From an uncultured Synergistaceae bacterium (GTDB lineage: Bacteria; Synergistota; Synergistia; Synergistales; 79-D21), in the NCBI GenBank assembly GCA_964425765.1, contig CAYRNZ010000003.1:1221-65220 (forward strand): a DNA stretch of 64,000 bases, given 5' to 3'. Below, in pieces: positions 53,129 to 60,903 of the stretch. Each line of letters begins with the position of its first letter. Position 1 is the stretch's first letter. The notes beneath the pieces were generated by a model. That model did no database searches and was not told the DNA's origin. It saw nothing but the letters and a program-made list of their open reading frames with translations. A program made the position numbers and the translations under genes.

Positions 53129-53416
53129 CTACTCGACGATCGCGAGGATGTCGCGCTCGCTGAGGATCAGGTACTCTTCGCCGTCAACCTTGACTTCCGT
53201 GCCGGAATACTTGCCGAAAAGCACACGGTCTCCGACCTTGACTTCGGGGGGCAATTTCTGGCCGTTCTCCAGCACCTTGCCCGTACCCACCGCCATGACC
53301 TTGGCTTCCTGGGGTTTCTCTTTCGCCGTGTCAGGAAGCACAATACCGCCCCGCGTCTTCTCTTCCTGGGTAAGGACCTTGACGACGATGCGATCCGCCA
53401 AAGGCTTCAACTGCAT
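53129..53416 (-). CDS. groES: Co-chaperonin GroES
   Basis: 95 aa from the ATG at 53414-53416 (AGGAGGG 8 nt upstream). [44 protein letters not shown]. Confidence 0.97.
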   Translation of the reverse strand: MQLKPLADRIVVKVLTQEEKTRGGIVLPDTAKEKPQEAKVMAVGTGKVLENGQKLPPEVKVGDRVLFGKYSGTEVKVDGEEYLILSERDILAIVE

Positions 53417-53449
53417 AGTACATCCCTCCTGCAATTTGGTTTATTGTAT

Positions 53450-53476
53450 TAGCACTCGTTTGGAACGAGTGCTAAT
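53450..53476 (-). promoter_or_regulatory. CIRCE operator (HrcA binding site) upstream of groES
   Basis: TTAGCACTC-GTTTGGAAC-GAGTGCTAA, a perfect match to the TTAGCACTC-N9-GAGTGCTAA consensus, 33 nt upstream of the groES ATG. Confidence 0.92.
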
Positions 53477-53488
53477 TTCCCGGAGAAA

Positions 53489-53517
53489 AGTTTATGGGCC
53501 TCTCCCGATTCCCTCAA
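53489..53517 (-). promoter_or_regulatory. Candidate groESL promoter
   Basis: The minus strand reads TTGAGG-(17 nt)-TAAACT, with CIRCE starting 12 nt downstream of the -10. The hexamers are imperfect. Confidence 0.4.
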
Positions 53518-53595
53518 ACGGAAGATAGCCCATTTAAGCCCAAATATGTGTTGTTTTCCCTTATTAGGTGCTGAGATCTCGCTTTTCCCTCGTTT

Positions 53596-54615
53596 TCAAT
53601 CGGATATAAGAGGAAGTGCAGGATCCGGAGAGAGGTCCAGCGAGCCTCGCCGGCCCCTGCGGTAGCCGCTGTAGGCTGCTGCCGCCACCATGGCTCCATT
53701 GTCGGTACAGAGTACCGCGGGAGGAAGGAATACACTCCAATTCTTCCGGCGGAGAACGGTTTCCCTGAGGGCGCTGTTGGCGGCCACTCCGCCGGAAAGG
53801 GTGACCTGCGTTACGCCGGTCATGCGGACAGCCAGTTCCACCTTGATTTCAAGGGCCCTTACGACAGCTTTCTGGAACGAGGCGCAAAGGTCCTCGACGG
53901 GGACTTCTCCCTTGCCCTCCAGTTTCCGGAGCAGGTTGAGGACCGCCGTTTTCAGCCCGCTAAAGCTGAATTCGACCTTTTCCGTGTCGGCAAGGGGAAT
54001 AGGCAGTGTAAAGGCGTCCGGGTTCCCCCGCTTCGCCAGCCTGTCTACGGCAGGGCCGCCCGGATAGCCCAATCCCAGCATCTTCGCAAGTTTGTCGTAA
54101 GCTTCCCCGGCGGCGTCGTCTCTCGTGCAGCCGAGCAGCTTGTAATCCCCGAAAGCCCTCACCAGTATGATCTCGGTGTGCCCTCCCGAGACCAGCAGGG
54201 TGAGGAAGGGGGGCGTGAGCCCCGGGGAATGGATGACGTTGGCGAAAAGGTGCCCTTCGAGGTGGTTGACGCCCAGGATAGGCAGGTTCCAGCCCTGCGC
54301 CAGGGCTTTCGCCGTCATCACGCCCACGAGAAGCGAACCCATGAGCCCTGGCCCTGAGGTCACGCCGATGAGCCCCAACTGGCGTGCAGGGTCCGCGACC
54401 CCTGCCTCCGAAAGAGCGGAAAACAGCAGGGGCAGGATCCGCTCCTGGTGGTCCCGGGATGCTAGCTCGGGGACCACGCCGCCGTAGGGGGCATGGAGTT
54501 CGAGCTGGCTGGAGACGAGGGAGGATCTTACTTTAGACTGGCCTTCCAGGACCGCGATCGCCGTATCGTCGCAACTGCTTTCGATGCCGAGCGTCAGGAA
54601 AGGCTCAGGGTTCAA
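53596..54615 (-). CDS. tsaD: tRNA N6-adenosine threonylcarbamoyltransferase TsaD
   Basis: LTLGIESSCDDTAIAVL, GVNHLEGH, LLVSGGHT and GGVAANSALRE. I set the start at the TTG at 54613-54615, which overlaps the upstream TGA (TTGA) and gives 339 aa. The track's TTG at 54657 would overlap the zinc-ribbon gene more deeply. Confidence 0.9.
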   Translation of the reverse strand: MNPEPFLTLGIESSCDDTAIAVLEGQSKVRSSLVSSQLELHAPYGGVVPELASRDHQERILPLLFSALSEAGVADPARQLGLIGVTSGPGLMGSLLVGVMTAKALAQGWNLPILGVNHLEGHLFANVIHSPGLTPPFLTLLVSGGHTEIILVRAFGDYKLLGCTRDDAAGEAYDKLAKMLGLGYPGGPAVDRLAKRGNPDAFTLPIPLADTEKVEFSFSGLKTAVLNLLRKLEGKGEVPVEDLCASFQKAVVRALEIKVELAVRMTGVTQVTLSGGVAANSALRETVLRRKNWSVFLPPAVLCTDNGAMVAAAAYSGYRRGRRGSLDLSPDPALPLISD

Positions 54616-54797
54616 TGCCCGCCGCACCCCCCGCACCCACCGCAAGAACCCCCGCAATGGCAGGATTTGGAACGGCGCGGCGGGCCGCTCTCATGCATGA
54701 GAACCTTTCCCCGGCATTGCGGGCACCTGTTGGAAAACCCCTCCGACTCGAACCTGTGCCCGCAGGAGGCGCACCGATACACGTGAACGGGGCTCAT
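54612..54797 (-). CDS. FmdB-family zinc-ribbon protein with Cys/Gly-rich tail
   Basis: 61 aa: MSPVHVYRCASCGHRFESEGFSNRCPQCRGKVLMHESGPPRRSKSCHCGGSCGGCGGCGGH. It has a CxxC...CxxC ribbon. The ATG overlaps the upstream stop (ATGA). The track's 161-aa version is over-extended. Confidence 0.75.
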   Translation of the reverse strand: MSPVHVYRCASCGHRFESEGFSNRCPQCRGKVLMHESGPPRRSKSCHCGGSCGGCGGCGGH

Positions 54798-55333
54798 TTC
54801 CCGGGAACCTTCCATTTCACCGACTCCTTGCCGTATCCGAGGACGATTTCCGACCCGGCCTTCACAATCCCCTTCGGCACGGAAAATGGCAGGGTCCCGG
54901 AGAAATGGCTCGGAAGCTCGCCGGTCGGCGTGAACTCTTTGATCGTGAGGATATCGGCGGAACTGACCGTGTAGGACCCCACGAAGAGCTTGCCGGGTGA
55001 CAGTTCCCACGGCGTGAAGGTTTCCAGCCGCAGGAGGAAAAGCGCCTTTCCCCTCAGGTTCTTGCTGCCGAAGTGCTGGGAATGCCACAGGAGCCACTCG
55101 GGTGCGCCCGGATCATCCCTTGATGCCGATACGAGGCGCGAATCGACATGGAGAAAGGTCAACCTGGCCTTCGCGCCCAGAACCAGGTCTCCAAGTGCCT
55201 GCCCGTCTATCCAGACCGTCGAGGACCTTTCGGCCATAAGCTGCTCAAGCGTCGGCGGCTGGGATGCCAGGCCCTTTCCCGCTAAAACCGAAAGTCCCAG
55301 AAAGACAAGGCAAACGCAAAACAGGCGTTTCAT
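54794..55333 (-). CDS. Secreted hypothetical protein
   Basis: 179 aa. Signal peptide MKRLFCVCLVFLGLSVLAGKGLA, GGAGGGAG SD 9 nt upstream. I do not recognise a family. Confidence 0.65.
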   Translation of the reverse strand: MKRLFCVCLVFLGLSVLAGKGLASQPPTLEQLMAERSSTVWIDGQALGDLVLGAKARLTFLHVDSRLVSASRDDPGAPEWLLWHSQHFGSKNLRGKALFLLRLETFTPWELSPGKLFVGSYTVSSADILTIKEFTPTGELPSHFSGTLPFSVPKGIVKAGSEIVLGYGKESVKWKVPGK

Positions 55334-55339
55334 CCAACC

Positions 55340-56266
55340 TCACTCCCTCCTGCCCTGGGGGCCGGCCTCCGGGTTTTCGTCCCCGGCTCCGGCCAATTCC
55401 CGGGCTTGGAAAACATAGGATGTGCCGCAGAAATGGCACCGGACTTCCCGCGCATCATTAGGGCTTTCACCTGCAAGCACCTCGACCAGAAGCAACCGCG
55501 CCATCTCCCTGCTGCAACGACAGGAATGGTGGAACTCGACGTCGTCGAACCATTCGATCCCTATCCCGTCGAAAAGGGCCTCCATGGCGTGCCTGGCGTC
55601 AGGGTGGGCTTCGAGCAACCGGCTTACCGAAGGTGTGGAACGTATCCTGTCCTCCACCATCGCGACGGCCGTTTCGGCTGCATCCGGCAGAACCTGCACC
55701 ATGTACCCGCCGGCTGAAATAACCCTGCCGGGGGCTGCCAGCACTCCCAGGCCTACAGCCGTTGGAGTCTGCTCCGACAACAGGTAGTAGTGGGCGATGT
55801 CTTCCGCCACTTCCCCCGAGACCAGCGGCACTTGGCTGGACAGGGGTTCCTTCAGTTTCACGTCCCGAAAGACACTGAGCGTGCCCCTGTTCCCCACTCC
55901 GGAAGACACATCCAGTTTCCCCTCATCGGAAGGCGGCAGGATGATTCCCGGGTTGGCGACGTACCCCCTGACCTGGCCCTGCGGCTCCGCATCCGCGACC
56001 ACGAGGCCCAGGGGGCCTCCACCATCTATTTTAAGTGTGATGCGTGCTTTCTTCAGTTTGATGTCGAGCGCCATCATCATAGCCGCCATCATGAGCCTTC
56101 CGAGGGCCGCGGCAGCCAGGGGGCTGAGGCTGTGCCTCTCCATCGACTCCGCCACAAGATCGTCCGCCTTCACGGCGAAAATCCTGAGGTTCCCCCCCGC
56201 CAGCAGTCCCCTGGACACGATTGCACCGGCGTTGTTCTTCCCTGTTTTTTGTTCATCGGCAATCAA
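55340..56266 (-). CDS. hslO: Redox-regulated chaperone Hsp33
   Basis: C-terminal zinc switch CRCSRE...CHFCGTSY, with a typical Hsp33 core (AEDIAHYYLLSEQTPTAVGLGV). The start is uncertain. The TTG at 56264-56266 overlaps the murJ TGA (TTGA) and gives 308 aa. The track start at 56332 would overlap murJ by 70 nt. Confidence 0.88.
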   Translation of the reverse strand: MIADEQKTGKNNAGAIVSRGLLAGGNLRIFAVKADDLVAESMERHSLSPLAAAALGRLMMAAMMMALDIKLKKARITLKIDGGGPLGLVVADAEPQGQVRGYVANPGIILPPSDEGKLDVSSGVGNRGTLSVFRDVKLKEPLSSQVPLVSGEVAEDIAHYYLLSEQTPTAVGLGVLAAPGRVISAGGYMVQVLPDAAETAVAMVEDRIRSTPSVSRLLEAHPDARHAMEALFDGIGIEWFDDVEFHHSCRCSREMARLLLVEVLAGESPNDAREVRCHFCGTSYVFQARELAGAGDENPEAGPQGRRE

Positions 56267-57822
56267 GATGCGCGTTCCCCCTTCTGAAGGGCCCCGAAGA
56301 CCCATTTCCATTCCTTGCACCCCGCCAACCACGAAACGAATCCGTAAACCACGGCTCCCGCCCCGACGGAGCCCATGACCCAGGCCAGTTTCCTCCAGAG
56401 CCCCGAACCCGGGTCGTAAGGGAAAAGGAAGGCCCCTCCGGCAATCGCTGCGGCCATGACGGCGAGGGCTATTCCGTGGGAGAGCATCCAGCCCGGGGTC
56501 AATACTTGAATAGGCTCACCCAGGTGCCGGCGAAGCCTCCATGCCCCGATCAGCGCTCCTCCCGTAAAAGCGAGGGACGAAGCCAAGGCGAGCCCGGCAT
56601 AAGACAGGAATTTCACGAAAAGCAGGCTGAAAACGAGGTTGAGCAAAACGGTCATCCCGGTCACCTTCAAGGCTTCCCTCGGAAGTCGCCTCGCGTAGAG
56701 GCCTCTCATGACCACGGTCGAGCAAGCCATGCCCGGGAGCCCGAGCGCATAGAGGGCCAGCGCCAGGCTTGTCGCCTTCCAGGCCCAGTCGTTGAAGGCC
56801 CCGCGCACGAACAGGACGTGGACCATGGGGCGAGAAAGCATCGTCATCCCCACCACCACCGGCAGGATCACGAAGAGGGTGAACCGCAGGGCATCTCTCA
56901 CCATCACCGCGAACTTTTCCGTTTCCTCCGTACCCAGCCGTGAGAGCATGGGGAGCACGGCCTGGGAGATCGCGATCACGAAAAGCCCCAGCGGGAGCTG
57001 GATGACCCTGTCGGCGTAGCTCAGGACGGAGATTGTCCCTCCTTCCAGGAACGAGCCCACCATCCTGCTGATGACGGGATTCACCTGGTTCAGGGAAAGT
57101 CCCGCCATATACGGAAAAAAAAGGCAAAGCACCTTTTTAAGCTCGGGGTTCGCCCACTCGGGCCGGGCCGGAATGAGGGGCATGCCGAGTGCGCCCGCCC
57201 TCCACCATTGGAGCAGCATGTGGCCGGCGCCACCGGTCAGCACCGCTACGGGAAGGGACCACACGCCAAGCCGCGGTGCTAGAATGATCAGGAGCAGGAT
57301 GTAGAGAAGGTTGCTCAAGGCGGGTGCCACAGCCGGGACGAAGTAACTGTCCATGGTGTTGAGCACCCCCATGGCAAGTGCGGCTACGGATACAAGAAGC
57401 AGGAAGGGAAACATCAGGCGCGTCAGGACGATGGCAAGCTGTGCGTCCTTTCCTGAAAAGCCCGGAGCCATGACCCTCACGAAAAGCGGAGCTGCGAGGA
57501 TCCCAAGAACAACCGTCGTTCCCCCGGCGATGAGCAGCACGGAAGTCACCTGCCTGACGAGCCGCGCTGCCTTCTCCCTCCCTTCCTCGGCCAGGACGCG
57601 GGAAAAAACGGGGACGAACGCCGCGGAAAGAGCCCCCTCCGCAAGAAGCTGCCGGGAAAGGTTCGCCAGGGTGTAGGCAACGAGGAACGCGTCCAACTGC
57701 CGAGTTGCCCCGAAAAGGGCCGCAGTGATGATCTCCCGCAGGAGACCGAGAATCCGGCTCGCAAACGTGCCGACCATCATCCGAAGGGCGTGGCGCACCA
57801 TCTTGCTCAGGGGAGATACCAT
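56263..57822 (-). CDS. murJ: Lipid II flippase MurJ (MviN)
   Basis: About 519 aa, multi-TM MOP-superfamily protein. N-terminus MVSPLSKMVRHALRMMVGTFASRILGLLREIITAALFGAT. The ATG at 57820-57822 has AGGAGG 7 nt upstream. Confidence 0.92.
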   Translation of the reverse strand: MVSPLSKMVRHALRMMVGTFASRILGLLREIITAALFGATRQLDAFLVAYTLANLSRQLLAEGALSAAFVPVFSRVLAEEGREKAARLVRQVTSVLLIAGGTTVVLGILAAPLFVRVMAPGFSGKDAQLAIVLTRLMFPFLLLVSVAALAMGVLNTMDSYFVPAVAPALSNLLYILLLIILAPRLGVWSLPVAVLTGGAGHMLLQWWRAGALGMPLIPARPEWANPELKKVLCLFFPYMAGLSLNQVNPVISRMVGSFLEGGTISVLSYADRVIQLPLGLFVIAISQAVLPMLSRLGTEETEKFAVMVRDALRFTLFVILPVVVGMTMLSRPMVHVLFVRGAFNDWAWKATSLALALYALGLPGMACSTVVMRGLYARRLPREALKVTGMTVLLNLVFSLLFVKFLSYAGLALASSLAFTGGALIGAWRLRRHLGEPIQVLTPGWMLSHGIALAVMAAAIAGGAFLFPYDPGSGLWRKLAWVMGSVGAGAVVYGFVSWLAGCKEWKWVFGALQKGERAS

Positions 57823-57863
57823 CAAAAGACCTCCTACGATCCGGCTTGAAGGGGGAGAACCTC

Positions 57864-58319
57864 GTGAGGTCTGAACGAACGACGATCTGGTGCCTGGGAA
57901 ACCCTCTTCGAGGCGACGACGGGGCCGGTGTGCGCTGCGGGCAAATCCTCGCCGAAAGCGGGCAGGCTCACCTGGATGTCATCCTTTGCGAGACCGTCCC
58001 CGAGAACTACGCGGCATCGATACGCAGGGACCCTCCCGGCCTTTTGGTCGTGGTGGACGCCTGCCTGATGGGGCTGGCTCCCGGTACGGCAAGGCTTTTG
58101 GACCCAGGCTGCCTCGATGGCCTTACAGAAACGACACACGGCCTCCCCCTCGGGGAAATCCTGAGGGGTCTCCTCCCGGAAGAAAAGATCTTCCTCATCG
58201 GCATCGAGCCTGCTAATACAGGTTTTTCCCTGGCCTTGAGCCCGGAAGTGGAAAAAACTGTCCGGGAGCTGGCAGACAGGCTTCTCGACGGGACCTGGGG
58301 CAACCTGCCCCGGAACTGA
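57864..58319 (+). CDS. hycI: HycI-type [NiFe]-hydrogenase maturation endopeptidase
   Basis: This is the only plus-strand gene. CLGNPLRGDDGAG, PENYAASIRRDPPGLLVVVDACLMGLAPG, TTHGLPL and IFLIGIEP align motif-for-motif with E. coli HycI (VGNSMMGDDGAG / LLIVDATDMGLNPG / TTHNMPL / IFLGIQP). I prefer the GTG at 57864 (GGGGGAG upstream) to the TTG at 57846. Confidence 0.85.
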   Translation: MRSERTTIWCLGNPLRGDDGAGVRCGQILAESGQAHLDVILCETVPENYAASIRRDPPGLLVVVDACLMGLAPGTARLLDPGCLDGLTETTHGLPLGEILRGLLPEEKIFLIGIEPANTGFSLALSPEVEKTVRELADRLLDGTWGNLPRN

Positions 58320-58325
58320 CCGCAT

Positions 58326-59057
58326 CTAAAGGGTGAAGCGGTCTCCAAGGTAGTACTTCCTGGCGACTTCGCTTGCCGCCACTTCCTTCGGAGCCCCTTC
58401 CACCACGATTTTGCCCTGGTGAATGATGGTGGCACGGTCGGTGATGGCAAGGGTATCGCGGACGTTGTGGTCGGTCAGTAGAATACCGTATCCCTTGCCT
58501 CTCAAGCCCAGGATCATCTGCTGGATGTCGAATACCGCGATTGGGTCGATCCCGCTGAAAGGTTCGTCAAGCAGAAGGAACTCCGGCATCGCCGCGAGGC
58601 AACGTGCCAGTTCCACCCGCCGTCTCTCCCCGCCGCTCAGGGCATAGCCCGGGGTATCCGATATCCGGTCGATACCGAACTCGCCAAGCAGGTGATCGAC
58701 CATTCTCTCACGTTCTGCAGGGGTTTTTTCAAGTTCCTCGAGAACAAGCCCGAGGTTTTCCCGCACGGTGAGGTTCCTGAAAACGGAGGCTTCCTGCTGC
58801 AGGTAGCCCACTCCCATCCGGGCCCTCCTGTACATCGGGAGGCCCGTGATGTCCCGGTCGTCGATGAGGATGGAACCCGAATCGGGGCGAACCAGGCCGA
58901 CGATCATGTAAAAGGTGGTTGTCTTTCCCGCTCCGTTGGGGCCCAGGAGGCCGACGATTTCCCCCTGCCTGACCTCGATGGAAACCGAGCTGACGACCTC
59001 GCGCCCCTTGTAGGACTTTTTCAGGGAAACAGCGCGGAGGACGTGGGACTCCTTCAC
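58326..59057 (-). CDS. lptB: LPS export ABC transporter ATP-binding protein LptB
   Basis: 243 aa. GPNGAGKTT, LSGGERRRVELAR, LLLDEP, and the LptB-type C-terminus YLGDRFTL. The GTG start overlaps the upstream TGA (GTGA). Confidence 0.9.
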   Translation of the reverse strand: MKESHVLRAVSLKKSYKGREVVSSVSIEVRQGEIVGLLGPNGAGKTTTFYMIVGLVRPDSGSILIDDRDITGLPMYRRARMGVGYLQQEASVFRNLTVRENLGLVLEELEKTPAERERMVDHLLGEFGIDRISDTPGYALSGGERRRVELARCLAAMPEFLLLDEPFSGIDPIAVFDIQQMILGLRGKGYGILLTDHNVRDTLAITDRATIIHQGKIVVEGAPKEVAASEVARKYYLGDRFTL

Positions 59058-59902
59058 GGGGCCTTTTTCTCCTTGCTCGGCGTGAATACGAGTTGAGGCC
59101 TTCCCTGCGCTTCGATCCTTCGGGAGGATACGTCATAGAGCAGTGTCTCGGATTTCACGGACCGGCCTGCCTGGAGGGCCTGAGCGTTTCCTACCAGTGC
59201 GACGGTCCCTTTACCCCTTGAATAGAGAAGTTTGTCCCCTTTAAGGGTTACGGGAGATTCTCCCGCTCTCTCGATTATGGCCGAAACCTGCCCGGTGGCA
59301 TTCAGTTCCCTCATGTCCTGTCCCTCCGAGCGGGCTTCTATCCTGTCCGCCTTGAGCGAAATCCCCTCGTTCCTTTCCTCGAAACGAGTCACGCCGGCAG
59401 CCCAGAATAGGTCGCCTTTCCTGCCTGCCTCCCGGGCTTCGAGCCTTCGGCCGGGCATTTCGGCTACGACTGCTCCTCTTGCGACGTACTCGGGCACCGG
59501 GCCGAAAACCCATTCGAGTTCCGACGCTGAGAGGCGTTCCTGGGGGCGGGTCAGGACCACCTGGCCTGAAGCGATGACCTTTCGGGAACCGCGCTCGACC
59601 AGGGAGGCCTCCTGCGCCGAAAGTTCCATCTTCTGGACGGGCCAGCGCGCTTTTACGGGCCCCCAGGCACGAAACCGCTCCCCTGCCGGGTCTCCCTCGG
59701 CGAAACCCGCCGTCAGGTCCAATCCTTCCCTTTCAAGGTGCACCGCGCCCTCTGCCCTGACCAGCCGGCTTTCCGGGTCGTAGGTCAGGGTGTCTGCAGA
59801 AAGCCTCACCTGCCCTTTGGGCAAATCCTGCGCCTCTCCCGCAACCGCCCCGAAAGCCGCAAGGAGGCAAACAAGCCAAAGAAACCTTTTTGCTCCACCC
59901 AT
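59054..59902 (-). CDS. Periplasmic OstA/LptA-like protein (double length)
   Basis: Signal peptide MGGAKRFLWLVCLLAAFGAVAGEA, then repeated OstA-like strands (VRLSADTLTYDPESRLVRAEGAVHLE; LKGDKLLYSRGKGTVALVGNAQALQAGRSVKSETLLYD). It is translationally coupled to lptB. The start is ATG at 59902 (best SD spacing), or 59911 or 59953. Confidence 0.7.
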   Translation of the reverse strand: MGGAKRFLWLVCLLAAFGAVAGEAQDLPKGQVRLSADTLTYDPESRLVRAEGAVHLEREGLDLTAGFAEGDPAGERFRAWGPVKARWPVQKMELSAQEASLVERGSRKVIASGQVVLTRPQERLSASELEWVFGPVPEYVARGAVVAEMPGRRLEAREAGRKGDLFWAAGVTRFEERNEGISLKADRIEARSEGQDMRELNATGQVSAIIERAGESPVTLKGDKLLYSRGKGTVALVGNAQALQAGRSVKSETLLYDVSSRRIEAQGRPQLVFTPSKEKKAP

Positions 59903-59933
59903 TCTGGACATCCTCCACCCGCATTTCGCGGGG

Positions 59934-60617
59934 TTAAAATTCGATCGTTTCACCGGGTTCGAGCCGAACGCCTTCCACCCACCCGGGCAGGGCCGCTAGG
60001 AAGTCAACCGGGTCAGCCTGGATTCCGGGAAACGTGTTGAAATGCATGGGAACGACTCGCTTCGGGCGAATCATCTCGACGGCCCGGAGTGCGTCTTCCG
60101 TGTCCATGACGTAGCGGCCCCCGATGGGAACCAGCGCGAGGTCTATTTTCAGTGCCTCGAGCAAGGACATATCCGTGGTCAGCCCCGTGTCCCCCGCATG
60201 GTAAATCCTGAAATTCCCCACTTCGAGGACCATCCCTACGGCGAGGCCCCCGTAGAAAGTATCTTTGCCCTCAGTGATCCCGGAGCCGTGTACCGCAGGT
60301 GTGAACCTGACCCGCCCAAACGGAAAGGAAACCCAGCCTCCGACGTACATCGGGTATGTCCGAAGCCCCTTTCCCGAAAGGTAACGGCAAATCTCAGCGT
60401 TGGCTACAGCCGTGGCACCGTTCTCAAGACCCAGTTTCACGGTGTCACCCAGGTGGTCCCCATGGCCGTGGGTCACAAAGAGGTGAGTCAGGTTACTGAA
60501 TTCGCTGGGACCAGCACACGATTGGACGTTCCCGCTCAGGAACGGATCAATGAGCCCTTCCAGCATGGGAGCCCTCAGGTGAAAAGCAGAATGACCCAGG
60601 AAACGGATCATGGACAT
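59934..60617 (-). CDS. UPF0173-family metal-dependent hydrolase (MBL fold)
   Basis: 227 aa. MSMIRFLGHSAFHL...IDPFLSGN...LFVTHGHGDHLGD...HGSG...YHAGDTG. Confidence 0.88.
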   Translation of the reverse strand: MSMIRFLGHSAFHLRAPMLEGLIDPFLSGNVQSCAGPSEFSNLTHLFVTHGHGDHLGDTVKLGLENGATAVANAEICRYLSGKGLRTYPMYVGGWVSFPFGRVRFTPAVHGSGITEGKDTFYGGLAVGMVLEVGNFRIYHAGDTGLTTDMSLLEALKIDLALVPIGGRYVMDTEDALRAVEMIRPKRVVPMHFNTFPGIQADPVDFLAALPGWVEGVRLEPGETIEF

Positions 60618-60772
60618 GACTCCACACTCCCTTCCACTTGGATGTCAGTTTCACTGTAATGCCCGGATTCATGGACCCTGGCCCCTAGTATCGCCAAGCG
60701 AACGGCCAGGGCCTCGCCTTCCAGGACAAGGGAAACCGGCCCCGGCCTGCGGGCTTCGACCCAATCGGCCAT
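60608..60772 (-). CDS. Small hypothetical ORF (54 aa)
   Basis: MADWVEARRPGPVSLVLEGEALAVRLAILGARVHESGHYSETDIQVEGSVESCP. The ATG at 60770-60772 is preceded by GGGAGGAG at 9 nt. The stop overlaps the downstream hydrolase start by 10 nt. No family is recognised. Confidence 0.35.
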   Translation of the reverse strand: MADWVEARRPGPVSLVLEGEALAVRLAILGARVHESGHYSETDIQVEGSVESCP

Positions 60773-60903
60773 CGCGCGTGACTCCTCCCAGCCTTCTACG
60801 GAGAGTTCCCCCTTGGCTGAACCTTTTTCCCGGTCTATCTCGAGGCGATACCGCCACTGCCAGGTGGCAGCCCCCTCCCTTACTCCTCTACCGCTTAAAA
60901 GCC

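Noticed and set aside
54612-54665. Short GC-rich periodic DNA (ccgcaccccccgcacccaccgc...) that might be a microsatellite or degenerate repeat array
   Set aside because: It amounts to three or four imperfect units and is explained by the Cys-Gly codon repeats of the zinc-ribbon tail. There is no spacer/repeat organisation, so it is not a CRISPR array or a tandem-repeat locus.
57834-58325. 163-aa minus-strand ORF that would keep the region co-directional instead of calling the plus-strand hycI
   Set aside because: Its translation has no recognisable features. The plus-strand frame reproduces the HycI motifs (GNxxxGDDGAG, VVVDA, TTHGLPL, FLIGIEP) in the right order and spacing.
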